From positions 1 through 64,000 of the forward strand of contig NW_021834418.1 in the NCBI RefSeq assembly GCF_006345805.1: 64,000 nucleotides of DNA. The letters are read 5' to 3'. The notes beneath the pieces were generated by a model. It did not search any database. It saw only the letters and a program-made list of their open reading frames with translations, and was not told the DNA's origin. A program made the translations under genes and the position numbers. Source of the stretch: Octopus sinensis (taxonomy: Eukaryota). Positions 8,574 to 21,699 of this stretch are shown in pieces (positions within the stretch are counted from its first letter, which is position 1; each line of letters opens with the position of its first letter).

Positions 8574-11500
8574 AATTTCTTTATTAGCCACATGGGCCCA
8601 AACATAGAGGGGGACAATACAGCCTGATTGGGGTCAGACACACAATGATTATATGACTCTTAAAATTTTACAAAATATAATGAAATCGAATGAAATCGAA
8701 TGAGATACAACAAGGACGAAATACACACGTGAGATGAAGCAGAGAGATGGCTTACGCTCCGACCCCACGAGCCCCATTCTCCTACTGAAACATTTGTATG
8801 CAGACTTATGACATGTTCATGAGGAATCTTTCATTCCCAGCACCCTCGCAACATGCAACCATCTTTCTTTGAACATTTTCTTTGACAGGCATCTTCTTTC
8901 CAGCCTCACCTTCCTTTTAAGGAGGAAGATAAAATATCTCACCAACCCGAGACCGGAGATGAGGTTGCCTGTCGCCAAACCTTTCATTCGCGACTTCCAT
9001 ACCACCTCTTTCGCTATTGCTTACCTTCTTTCGTGAGGAAATCCGGCGGGTCAATTTTTACAATTGACTCAGACGACAGCTCTACTCTTCCCGAACCTGA
9101 CAGCAGATGTTCTGCATAAACCCACACTTCAGACACTCCCGAACACTGAACAATAGCGTGCAGGCAGTTTCCCTATCCCGTCTGCATCTTGGACAGTCGG
9201 CAGTGGTGGTTCGACCGTGTCCTGCGAGCTTATCCCGAACGGGTAAGGCTCCTCGGTAACATTGCCAGGCCAGGGATTTTTGGAAATTATCCAAATACCC
9301 CGGCCCAAACGTCCTTCGGAACAGACTGTCTAACTGGTTATCTCCGAGACCTAGGGTTTCCTCTAGGATTCGTCGTTCCCAGCCTCTACCAACCTGCTAT
9401 AGAAAAATGTGGTTGTGCCAAAACCGCTAGCATTACCCGAGCGATGGAACTGTAGGAGTGCTGTACGGCACTCCGTAAACCATGTACCCAACCTCGTTCT
9501 ACGAAGGAACCAGCTTTCTTGTCCACTAAAACTTGTGAACCTGGGAAACATCCGTTTCGCGTGCGGAGACCACACCTGTTAACCATTGAGGAGTAGCCAG
9601 AGATGCCTCAACCTCAGCGCATGTTTGCGCATCAACAGCCAAGGCATCCCCAGTCCTCCATTCAACGGCTTTTGGCAGCAGAGAGAACGCCTCACTAGAG
9701 GAGTGGTGCCCTTCCACAAAAAGCGGAAGATCTGCTTCTCCAGCTTGCTCAACCACGAACCGGGACAGGGCACGACGGTTAGGCGGTAAATGATGACCGA
9801 TGCGATACCTCCGCCCTCCCTTTCAAGGATAGCCACCGCCAAGACCAGGTCTTGACTATGCAGGTCACCTTGCTCAATACCTCTGCCCAGTTCTTTTCTA
9901 CCTGGAGGTCTGGTCCAAACCATACCCCTAACAGCTTAACCGGGCCCTCCGTCCAACGTCCCACGACGCTATCCAAAGGCATCGACTTTCTCCTCCAGGT
10001 GCCGAGTTGCAAGCCGACTGACTTTTCCCGGTTAATCTTTGCTCCTGCCACCGTCTCGTAAACCTTAATGGTTTCACTTACCCTCTGTAGGTGTTCCATC
10101 TTGGTTACAATAATGGTGATGTCATCCGCATATGCTGAAACCGACTCTCCAACAGCGGGCCCCTCGGGATGCCGCTCAACTTTCGCAGTAACGGCTCTAG
10201 AGCCATCACATACAAAAGTGGCGAAAGCGGACATCCTTGGCGAACCGAGCGCTTAACAGAGAACGGCCTAGAAAGAAATCCGTTCACCCGAACGATCGAA
10301 TCGATGTTGTCGTATAATTGGATTATCCACCTAAGGAAGCCAAGACCCAGCCCGAACTGTGCTAGCACGGACACCAGGTATCGATGGTCAACCCTATCGA
10401 ATGCTTTTGCCAAAATCACTACCAAACCCTTCTAAGGTATAGCGTATAAGATGGAGATTGTCCTGAATGCTTCTGCCGGGGACGGCACAGGTTTGTGCCT
10501 TGCCGATCAGAGTATTCGCGACCCGCCCCAATCTTTTTGCTAGTACCTTGGCCAAAATCTTCACCTCTGCGTTTAACAGAGTGATGGGCCTAAAGTTGTC
10601 TATCTTATCTCCCTTGTTTAGGTCCTTCCTTACCAGAGTCACCACTCCCCTGCGTACAGATCTGGGAATCGACCCATTCTGTCCAGTTTGCGTAAACCCC
10701 GGCCAGAATTTTCCCAAACAAGTCTGGCATACTTTTGTACAATTCATAAGGCAAACCATCAAGTCACGGCGCCCTACCAGCTTTACAGTTCGTTATAGCC
10801 TCTCTACCCTCCTGAGGTGTTATCGGACCCTCACAGCACTCAGCATCCTGCCCCGAGAGACGCGGCAGCCCGGCAAGGAAGTCCGAAAGGTCCAACCTAC
10901 CATCCGGTCCATTGCCCCTCCCGAAAAGCTGTACAAAGTGCTCCTGAAAAGCCTGACACATCTCATCGGGTTCGTTCACAATCTCGTCTTGTAGATTCTC
11001 CACAGATCGAATTGTAGAATCATTTCCACGTTGGGTTTCCATCACCCGAGCCCATCCAGCGGCATTGAGCCCCTCACTCCCCATTGCACGAAGTCTACCC
11101 CTGATAATGCATCCCCTGTGTTTGGCCTCGAGGTGCTGGTTTAATTCCAGTCTCTTAGCCTTCGCCTCAGCAGCACTACCAGTCAACACTGCTTCCTCTA
11201 ATTCCTTAACCAGTTCTAGTTCCCTCTTACGCTCTCTAGCCACTAAACCTATGCTATATCTAACAGACTCAAATTTAATGGCTCTTTTGAGGGCGTACCA
11301 CCATTTATTATTAATGATGGTACCAGTTAAAGCCCTCTGTATCATTAACTTAATCCGGCTTCTGTACTCTTCGTTCGCCAAATGGGACTTATTGAGTTTC
11401 TAGTAACCGGATCCTCTACTCTGTAACTTATCTAGGTTCAGCTTACAAGTGACAATTTCTGATCACTGTAGCTGACCAAGTGGAACTGTGGACACTTAGC

Positions 11501-13578
11501 TATGGATCTATCTGTTTCTCTAATTAGAATCCTATTTTAATAGGACTTAAAAGACCCGTCACCACTTAACCATGTCCACATTGGGGTGTTCGGGAATTCA
11601 AGTCTGTATGGATCTACTAGCTGAAAGCGACTTAGTAGTTCCCGGAAACCTGCATTAGGTATTCTATTTGGGTTCGAGCCAACATTATCCACGCGCGCAT
11701 CTTGAATAACATTAAAGTCCCCTAACAAAACTAATGGGTACGCCGTACCAAGAAACTTCTCTAGGTCTCGGAAATACTCAGACTGACCATTGTAGGGGGT
11801 GTAAATTGCCACCAGCCTGATTTTCTTACCGCAACTTAAAGTCAGGTCGAAGACGACCAGCCTACCCTCTGGGTCACAAAAATTAACTTCTTCTCTGAAA
11901 CCCGGTTTCTTTTTAGTAGGACCAACACCCCCACACCCACCCGCCGGTGGACTGGAGAAATAAATTTCTCGTATCCGTCCAGGAGTGGGAGCAGTCCTCT
12001 TGATCCCTTTAACCGGGTTTCAGTAGCAACAATGACATCCAAATTATGTGACATGACGTCGTTTAAGAAGCGACCTTGCTTCCATCCCGCCGTCAGGCCA
12101 CGCACATTTAAACATCCAACGTGAACTGCCATAAGTCTTACCTCAATTTCTTATGTCTTCGCTAAAAGGCGGAGGTGGGTCCGCCTCTTTTTTTTTTTCT
12201 CGGCTCGTGGAGTCGTTTTAATTAAGCCAACATCACTCCGATAGTCATTTGCTAGAACGTTGTAAGACGTGCTGTCTACGTGGTAGACTTCGAAACCGTC
12301 TTTAACGTTTTTGCATCCAGTTCTTTTTAGTTTTTTAGTTTGAGGTTCGAACCGCCATATATAGAAATTCTTTTTCTCGTATTTCTTTTGTTTTTGATTT
12401 TTTGGCTTTTTCATGCCTTCTTTGAGTTTGCATTTTTGCCAATGATTTAACATTTCTGTTTAATTTCCTTTTGCTACCAGCTCTCTTCCATTCCGTCTCT
12501 TCTTTATTTCCGCTCTCATTTTCTTCTTCTGTGCTTTCTTCTGGTTTTCCATTCTCTGTAGTTTCATCTTCCGAGTCTTCTTCAATGTTGTTCTCCTCTT
12601 TTTCTTTTTCTTCACACCACTCTTGCATTCGGACCTAACATGGCCCTTCTTTCCACATTTAAAACATCTGGGTTTTCTACATTCCACCATGACTACTAAC
12701 TTCGTACCCATTATATCTATGACCTCTGGAATTTTTTCTAGGTCATAGGCTCTGCTTGGATCAGCATTTTTATTGTTTGGCCAAGCCTGACTTTGTCTTC
12801 TGTTACTTCCGCAGAAAGCAGTGTGATTTCTTCCTCTAGGTCATACAGTACTGCCGCTACTAGCCATTCGGCGTCCGCCTCCGGTGGTACACAGCTTATC
12901 TTTATTCGGGAGGTTCTCCTCCCCATATAAAATGGCAACAGTACTACCTCATCCGTTCGAAGAGGCTCCACAGAATACTTTTGCGCCTGTTCCACTGTTG
13001 ACATCCTCACTTCAACAGCTGCATATCTTTTTCCTCTGGCCAAATATGTGATGTTATTCCAAATTGGCCTTAAATATTTTTCTACACTTCTGTCATTGAC
13101 ATAGTTAATTTTTTTCTGTTCAACATTGTATGTTTTGAAAATTACAGTCCTTTCGAGTACATCTTTAATGATGCTATGAGGAGGGACCACCTTTATTTCG
13201 GTCCCTTCTTTTGTTAACAGCTCTCGGTTTGCCTTCAAATTGGTTGTATCAATTTTCCTTGAGTTTCCTCCGGCGGCAGCCGCAAAGCTCCTTATTGGCT
13301 CTTCTAATATCCTTCTGCTCACTACAGAATCCTTACTGGCACTTGGCACTGGAGATACACTCTCCCTACGAGCGACAGTACCTTCCACTATGTAAAAACA
13401 CTAATAAAGAAAGTAAAACGTTTCCCCGCAAGGGGGAATTAAAACAAATTTTGCTTCAAAACAAGCAATAAATAGTCCCTTTTTTCAAATTATAATAATC
13501 GAATTTAACTGTAACAGACATAAAATTTTAACATTGTACACTGCATAATAAGCGACATTATTAAGAAACATGCGTCTC
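8574..13578 (-). mobile_element. Full-length, degenerate Tx1/L1-clade LINE (5005 bp) with 5-bp TSD
   Basis: ORF1 about 13388-12151 with CFKCGKKGHVRSEC knuckle. ORF2 about 12132-8817 with APE (LNVRG, ATETRL, LLGDFN) and RT (FRPITLLN, KAFDRVDH, QGCPLSPLLY, AYADDI) and CPRC. 3' end AATAAAGAAATT. CATCC at 8569-8573 and 13579-13583. Confidence 0.9.
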
Positions 13579-14095
13579 CATCCGACTTCGATAGGAAAAT
13601 GTTCCACTTTCCAGCCTGCGTCTTCACATTCCTCAAGGTTTTCATAACGGTTCAATTTTCGAGACCGAGCGGCGTCCATATTATCGTCATCAGGAACTGT
13701 TAGCTCGACTATATTTACAACTTTCTTTCACACCACATCAAAATATCTGTATTTTTCGAAACTGGGATGGGAAAGAAAACCTGGCACCCAGGTAAATCTG
13801 CAGTTACCTCTCAATAGCCGTTCCACTTTTCATTTCTCTCAGGATGTTTCTTGATCTTCTTCTTGAAACAAATCCGCTGACCTGGTCGCACGATGGTAAT
13901 GAAATCGCTTGATGGTACTTTTAACGGTTTTTCCTCAGTGTTGTTGAGATGAATTTGGTTCATTATAGCATTGAAGATAACCTTAAGGACCAAGTTGTGC
14001 CTCCATGTGTACCTGTTCAATGCTAATGAACAGTTGGAAAGAATACGTGTTAGCGTACCGACCTTTCTACATTTGCAGATGTCATTCTCTAAGAT
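13579..14095 (-). mobile_element. 5'-truncated Hero-like fragment (CCHC knuckle + RLE), continued at 8573 after the Tx1 insertion
   Basis: C.C.KVGTLTRILSNC...RYTWRHNLVL, IVELTVP.D.N.DAARSRKLNRY, FPIEVG|; the reading resumes as GCRGF on the far side of the Tx1 element. Confidence 0.82.
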
Positions 14096-14099
14096 GTTC

Positions 14100-14680
14100 C
14101 ATCTTTGAAACAGGTGATATGGGAAAGTGCAACATTGACAACAAAACATTTGTAGAGTAAATGCTGGGCTAATTCGACTAAGCAACATGCTATGCGTCCG
14201 TTTGGAGTGTTTCAGGCCCTAACCTGTCATGCAAAATTGAAGGTGGGGTTTGTGTGATGTTTGAACGCACCGAAAAGCTGTCAGTGGATATACTCTCCTT
14301 TGCAGCAGTGTGCGCTGTGTCTAACACGACCCATCATCGTAAATTTTAGCACCACACGTCTGGTTTGTTGTCCTACATCAGTCATAGAGTAAATTTGGAT
14401 GAACTGTGGTTGTTCATTCGCGGGTACCAGGAAATCAATGAGGGGATAGACTTGCCCTTGAACTTTGACGTCGGCGTAAATTCATGTTTATCTATCTTCT
14501 TAGATTCACCAAACGATGTCATTTGAAATGCAGAGTTGTATTGTCTGATATTGTTCAAAAATCCTTTAACTAGATTGAAGCGCCTTCTAGAAGATTCCTA
14601 AGGTGTTGAGATTGTAGTGTTGGCAATGATACCTGTCCGAATATGTTGTCATCTATTGCATTGTTTTAAGTTCTAAACGA
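14100..14680 (-). mobile_element. Helitron Rep-helicase N-terminal fragment (degenerate), intron 1 of copy A
   Basis: Homologous to 45590-46170, where the minus strand reads NIRQYNSAFQMTSFG, and to 58905-59480, which reads KVQGQVYRPIGSLVP..PQFLQIY; both are conserved Helitron motifs. Confidence 0.75.
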
Positions 14681-14733
14681 TAATAAATACCTTGACGTTC
14701 TATTTATGTGATGCTATTTCTATTTTTTTACAG

Positions 14734-14785
14734 AATCGTTTCATCTCCAAGAAATCTCTCGACGATAAACCTGATGACACACCAA
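14734..14785 (+). CDS. Copy A exon 2 (stalk)
   Basis: ttttacag|52 nt = NRFISKKSLDDKPDDTP+A|gtaaga. Confidence 0.75.
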
Positions 14786-14989
14786 GTAAGAACTAATTTT
14801 ATAGCTAAAGTCATTGACCCGTGTCTCTTGAGTCATGGTTTATAATTTCACGAACTTTGAATTAGTTCCACATTACTATCCACATGTCCACAATAGTATA
14901 TACTAAGACACTTGCCTGAATTTATTTCGAAATATATTCTACTTTACAATAATTTCCTAAATAAAATGTTACTCTAATATACAATGCCA

Positions 14990-16638
14990 TTTATTGTGTA
15001 TATGAGTATATATGCAGTGCTACGTCGATAATTGTACCAAGCAGCATGTCGTCTACTAATAACAGTCGACCGATCACGTAGAGATGAATTAGGATACCTC
15101 TACCACAATGGCTGCGCATATTCAACCAGATCACAAAAAAGAATGTGAGAAGGGGCACTAACAATGCACACTTCAACTAAGTGAAACCTTCACGTTGAAA
15201 ACTTTCGACTTGTACATAAATACAATAATTTGAACATCCATATAAGTACTTTATGGCAACCAGTATTTGCCCATTAAACTCACCTTCCTGGTAAACCATC
15301 CACAACATTCCCCAGGGCATGTGATCGTGTGCCTTTTCGTGGTTTACATCGTCTAAACCTTGCAACTGGAAGATCTGTCTTTGAATGACTATCTGGTCAG
15401 GTGTACCGCGTGTCGGACGGTAATATTGGGCGCGACGTTTTCCCTACATATCTTTTCCTGACATCACGTGTAGACTTTTCTATAATTAGAACACACTCTT
15501 TGATCTTTTTTTGAAAAAATTGTGATTGTCACCCCGTATTACCATTGCCTTGGTGTTTTTTCCAGAGGTCCCATCCACCTAGCATATATGGGTCACTCAG
15601 AGAATACCATCTGTATTTAAGGTTTCTAAAATATCAAGCCGAACGTGTTTTCACCAGCAGCTTTACCACTTTTAAGTGAGTTTAGCTCAAATAAGCGTTC
15701 AACCGAAGAAGAACCTGCCGAATAAAATATACAATCACGAATCATTTCGATGTCCAAATTCATTCCGGATGGTCACTCTCAATTTGGATGCAAAAGTCTC
15801 CACATTTTCGCTTCTGATCCCAGCATCCTCTGCGGTTCCAACTGTATTCTGTAGGTCGCACTGGACTTACCAATTTCCAGTGTTCGACAGATTGTAGGAA
15901 TGTTCAGGTTTTCAGACATTTAGGTAGTGACGAGTTGACAACTCCGCCCCTTCCTTTTACCCGAAAGTTCAGCAAAGAGTGAAAGAGGACCGAAATCTAT
16001 CACAAACCTCTGTCACCAAGTATTTCTCTACCAGGCACCCTTATAAATATCCCTGTCTTAAAATAATATCTATACCATAGAGAGGAGAGTGTGTATCCTG
16101 CACTGAAGGCTGCTATGACCTCTCCATTAAGTTCACTGACGACATTCCTTCCAATCAATCCTTCTCACGGTTATCAGTGCCAAGGTGTGCACTGCAGTTT
16201 CCTTGCAGGACAAATGACTTTGCCCCAAATATATCTAAAGCTGAGGTGAATTTGCTTAAGAAGAATTTGTATTTGACCCCGTTGTTTGCTGCATATACTT
16301 ACAGCAGCCACAGTGGTCCTTCATATTCAGCCTTAGCTTCAAGAGGTGAACACTCACACCTAGTAGGTTTCACTCAATAATACAATCCGAAAGCTGGAGA
16401 TTGAGAGTATCCTAATCCCACCTGTGCAGACATTGCTGGCACCACAGTTGCGTAGTGGAGTTTCAAGCCTATATCCAGGTGTACGCTATCGGAGAAAGGA
16501 AATTTTGTAGAGGAGACACCGATTATATCTTACAGGCAGATTATATCTAACAATTTTGACGTTTTAATTCTCAATTATTAAAGGTTGTTCCCTTCTTGAT
16601 CTGCTTTGTCGTCCTGAGACCGTCAATATTGTGCTCCC
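14990..16638 (-). mobile_element. Ancient RTE-like LINE remnant (RT and APE) in intron 2; homologs in every copy
   Basis: Decayed motifs EKAHDHVPW (for KAYDRVP), GRLL.VDD (for LLFADD) and, in paralogs, FVLQGDFSAHLG (APE). Homologs at about 30530-31660, 46490-48000 and 59810-61350. Confidence 0.65.
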
Positions 16639-16760
16639 ATCAAAAACGGTAAGTCATGGATTTTTTTGTTAACATATATTTATGTCTGTATGCATGTATT
16701 TATTTAGGTATGTATGTGTGCTTGTGTGTGAATATGTGTGTATGTATTATGTATGTGTGC
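16639..16760 (+). pseudogene. Remnant of a second exon 1 (last 10 nt + donor + intron start), marking a fusion junction
   Basis: atcaaaaacg|gtaagtcatggatttt..gttaacatat matches the end of exon 1 at 899-935 and abuts RTE sequence. Confidence 0.75.
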
Positions 16761-16789
16761 GCAGTTAGGGCGCAGTTTAAGCTATCTTT

Positions 16790-17231
16790 TCGTGTAAGAA
16801 GGTTTATGTTCCTATAACAGGTGTTAATTTTGTAACACTTTAAAATGCAAGATAAGAAAGTTCATTTTCGGCACTTGATGCTTTGGGAACCAGACAAAAA
16901 TTGCTGCAGCTCGGCTGGCATGTATTACTCCATCTCTCCATATTCACCAGATATTGCACCTTCGGATTTCCACTTATTCAGGCCTTTGCAGAATAGTTTT
17001 AATGGTAAAAATTTTAATTCCTTGAATGACGTAAAAAGATACCTCGATGAATTCTTTGCCATGAAACCACCTCAATTCTGGAAAGAGGGTATTTTCAAGT
17101 TAAAGGAAAGATGGAGAAGCATAGTGCAACAAAATGGTTCATATTTGGTTGTTTAAAAATGCAATGGCAAGTATTTATTGGCCCTTTATATTCCTTTAAA
17201 AATCGGCACGAGCTTTCCAGGCAACCCAATA
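16790..17231 (+). mobile_element. Internally deleted mariner (Mos1-like) element; only the right TIR is visible
   Basis: ORF 16845-17156 joins MQDKKVHFRHLMLWE to PYSPDIAPSDFHLF...GIFKL.ERW..V..NG.Y; right end aatcggcacgagctttccaggcaacccaata followed by TA. Confidence 0.85.
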
Positions 17232-17357
17232 TAAATACATATATATATATGTATATATGTATACATATATATATATACATATATATATATAAACACATAC
17301 ACACAAACATATGTTATATATATGTATAAACATATACATATATATATATATATATCA

Positions 17358-17388
<31 letters not shown>

Positions 17389-18140
17389 ATTTTTATACAC
17401 TTACATATATACATCTACATATACACACTATATTTAAGGAGTGAATAACCAGTTTATATAGCACCCGTGTACAAAATATCTAATCCTCATCCCTTTCGTA
17501 TGCAGTCAATTTATAACCTACAATATGTTCCCAAACATTTTTCTTACAAACCTTAATATGTTGACCTTCGAGCTTCAATCCGGAATATTATTCACCAGTG
17601 CTAGAAATGCCCGACTCTTCAGTGATCATGATGGATAACTATACTAAACAATATCAAGGCAATAGAGCTTTGGCATAAATTCAAACTACTTTTAAATATT
17701 GCATCCTATTGCCTTGACAGATTCTCCTAAGGTCGCAGTGGAAAAGTCCTACAGCGTATTAGGACGCCGTACATGAAAGGTTGGCGTCGGGCTTTCTTGT
17801 GCGTCAGCAGAATGCGCAAGTCTACGTTTATAGTAATCTTCAAACTACCAGCGATTTTAGATAGCAAAATTAGTCTACTCTTGACAATGAACAGGGATAT
17901 TAGCTGTTTATGTAATGTGTATGCTTTGCCATATACAAGCATGAAATAATGAAATACCAGATTCACAGAAAGGCATGCAGTTCCAGCAAACCTCCAAGAT
18001 GTAAAACGATATAATAGATTTGGTAGAATGGACAATGTCGACGTCACCCACATCTTCATAAAATGCTGCCCGAAAATGTTGTCATGTATTGCATTCTTTT
18101 CAGTTCTAAACGATAATATACACTCTCTATTTTTCCACAG

Positions 18141-18192
18141 AACCGTGTCATCTCCAAGAAATCTCTCGACGATAAACCTGATGACACCCCAA
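18141..18192 (+). CDS. Second exon 2 (paralog A')
   Basis: ttccacag|52 nt = NRVISKKSLDDKPDDTP+A|gtaaga. Confidence 0.7.
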
Positions 18193-18490
18193 GTAAGAAC
18201 TAATTTTATATTGTATAAGACAATAACTTTGAAGAAATGTCAGGAATGAGATTAAATATTATAAAGTATCCAGCTTCCAGTTCTACAGTGTTCCAAAGTC
18301 ATTCACCCGTGTCTCCTTAACGATTTATAATTTCACCAAAGTTGAATTGTCTCTACATCACTATTCATATTTCTTCAGTAATATATACTAAGATACTAGT
18401 CAAAATTTCTTTTAAAATACATTTTTCTTTGCAATAATTTCCTTAATAAAATGTTACTCTGTTATACTATGACATTAATTGTGTGTATAT

Positions 18491-18529
<39 letters not shown>

Positions 18530-18534
<5 letters not shown>

Positions 18535-20520
18535 CGCTACGTCGATAAGTGTACCAACTATTGTTCGTCTGAGAATCGAATGCCCGACCTAGCGCATCAA
18601 TGCGTTTATATCTAGAATTTAGCAATCTGTTCAGTCTTGTGCTTCCAATCACTCGTGAATAGATTCCCGAAGTAACGATGTTCCACTTTCCTGCAGAGTG
18701 TGTGTTAGTCATCCCTGTCTTGGAGCACTCGGCAGCCAACCCATTCAATGCTTGTCGAAAGTGAACATGACATGAGTCAGATAGCTGCATGTCGTCTGCA
18801 AATAGCAGTCGACCGACCCCATACAGACGAAATGAGATACTTCTTCTAAAATGGCTCAACCAGATCATAAGAAATGTGAGAAGAAGCACTAACAATACGC
18901 TCTGCTATTGAAGTCGAAACTCCAAGTTGAAAACATTCGGCTTTTGCACAAATACAAACATTTGGACATCCGTACGAGTATTTTACGGTAAAAAGAATTT
19001 GCCCAATAATCCCACCTTCCTGGTAAACCATCCGCAACATGCCCCACGGCACGTGGTCTACAGCGTATTCCCCTTGGAATTATTTCAACGTTTTCTCGAA
19101 GATCTGCCTTCGAACGAATATCTGGTCGGGTGTACTGTATCCAGGACAGTAGTCCTGGACGCGACTATTTCCCAACGTAACTTTTCTAGACATGTAGTGT
19201 AGACTTTGTCTTAAAAAAATCTGCGATTATTACCCCGGATTGACATTGCCCTCGTGTTTTCCCTGATGCCCCATTCCACCTAGCATACATGGGTCACTCA
19301 AGGAATACCATGTGTATTTAAGGGTTTAAAATTATCAAGACGAACGTATTTCTCTCCAGCAGCCTTATCACTTTTCAGTGACTTTAGTTCGACAAAAATA
19401 ATACAATCACTAATCGATTTCGATGCCCAAGTTTATTCATGTGGGTCTCTCTCAATTTGGATGCAATATTATCCACAAATTTGTTTCTTATTCCATCATC
19501 CACTACTGCTTTCAACTTTATTCTGTAGGTCGCACTGGACTTACCAATTTACTAGGTTCTCCCAACTGTAGGCATCTTCCGGTTTCAGACATCTTGGTAG
19601 TGGTCAGTTGACAACTCTCCCCACTACTTATAGCCCGATCGTCCAGCACAGACTCAAAGAGGACTGAGACGACAACAACATCTATCAAGAATTTCTGTCA
19701 CTAAGCATTTCTATTCCAAGTACCCTTATAAACAACCGTCTTAAAACGATATCTATATCATAGAGTGTCCAGAAGACTAATATGGCCACCACATTAAGTT
19801 GTGTGACGCCATTCCACCCAATCAATACTTCTTGCGGTTATCAGCGCCAAAGTGTGCACAGAAGTCTCCTTGTAAGACAAATGACTTTACCCCAAATATA
19901 TCCAAAGCTGCAGTGAATTTGTTAAGGAAGCATTTGTATTTGGCCTCGCTATTGGGTGCATTTACTTCCAGCAGCTACACCACTCCTTCATTCTGCTTGA
20001 GCTTCAGGAGATATCCCTTAATACCTAGTGGGATTCACTCCATAATCCAATCCGAAAGCCAGGGATTGTGAGCATCCCACTTCCGCCTGTGCTGACATAG
20101 TTGGCACCACACCTGCACGGTGGAGTTTCCAACCTAATTCCAAGTGTGCGCCTCCGAAGCAATGAAGCTTTCTTGAGGAGACTGATTATATATAACAGGC
20201 AACGTTTTGTCTCGTCCGGTTTTGACAGTCAAATTCTCAATTATGAACGGATGATCCCTTCTGGACCGGCTTCGGTGACATGGAACACACATATTTTGTT
20301 TTCCCTTCCCATGCATCCCAATTTGAGTTGGGTGGAGACTGAAAAATATTTCCCAAATGGACTCCTTCATCCAAGATCCGGACGCAAATGCTGTTATCCC
20401 TCTCCATGAATGACGCGTTATGGCTATTCCTTCGAGCCCTTTGCATATTGTAGCTATGATGGCCTGATTCACGCCAAGCACCAACCTGATATTTGTAATT
20501 GACCAATCCAGTACCAAGAA
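18530..20520 (-). mobile_element. Diverged (A'-type) copy of the ancient RTE-like remnant
   Basis: GRLLFADDMQL and PWGMLRMVYQEGG; clearly more diverged from 14990-16638 than the B/C/D homologs are. Confidence 0.65.
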
Positions 20521-20914
20521 TTGATAATATGGCCTACATATCTATAAAAGACTTTATCATTATTACGGTCACAAATATATATATATACTCACATCCAAGT
20601 TCAACACAAAACAAACATCCGTTCTTAAGGAGCCAAATACACATTCTGATATTCTGAGATTAATCTCTCAATTCGTTGACATCAACGTCAACAACAGGCT
20701 CAATAGACAAATGACTTATTTTCTTCGTTTAAAATTTATTCTTAGCGAATCATTTACTTCTTTCATTCTGATTTTCATTCATTCACTCATTCTTTTTCTC
20801 TTAAATTCTAAATGTCTCTCCTCTCTATCAATTCCTTCCAAGCCAACAACTTCCTTTGTATAGGATTCAAGAATTCTTTCTTTTAAACTAAATTGTTTCA
20901 TTTTAATTTCACAG

Positions 20915-20988
20915 AACCTGGTCCGGATCATTGTATACTCGGTGGGGCAGAACTACTTGTCCTACTAATTCAAGCCTTGTATATGACG
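20915..20988 (+). CDS. Copy A exon 3 (74 nt, 1 nt short)
   Basis: acag|..GSLYTRWGRTTCPTNSSLVYD-G|gttagt; one base missing near gtccgga relative to the 75-nt copy D exon. Confidence 0.75.
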
Positions 20989-21699
20989 GTTAGTATAAAC
21001 TATACTTCTGTTCTCTCTTTCTCTCTTTATCTTTCTCTTCTTCTCTTTTTATTCCTTCATTTTCTCTTTCTGTCGTCTCTCTCCCTCCCCGTCTCTCTCA
21101 CGCACACGCCCACACACTCAAGCAAATCATTTGATGACATATCACGTTTGAAACGATACCTATAGACCCTATAGAGTCTGCACAAGACTGCTTACTCCTT
21201 TGTAGGTATTTGGTCAAATCAGAATTTTAAATGTTGTCTACTACGGACCAAGTGAAAAGGCGGTTGTCTAACTACAGAATATAGATATCTCTACGTTAAG
21301 TTATAGATAGGACTAGACGGGAATCCAGTATAGCGATCAAGGACTCCTGGCTGACTTGTATGGAGTGTAGATATCAAATACCGAGGCTGCTGACCGGTGA
21401 TCAAGTGTAATGGCTACGGATGGTGGTATTGTACGTGAGTGACCAGAGCTGAAAAGTGGCCACTTGACTATCTTTAACTAGAGTGCCCAATGATCGTAGG
21501 TGTGGGCTAAATTGAATAGAGTCTATTAGAATTGATGACAGTGACTGTAAATGGTTAATGGAATGAACGTACAATGTAGAATGAGGACTGGACAAGCCAC
21601 ATACTGTAACTGATGGAAAAAGCTAAGGACTGTATTCATTAAGTAAAATAGAGAGAGACTAAATATTAGTGAGAGAACACAACAGAGTACAGAATGCAC

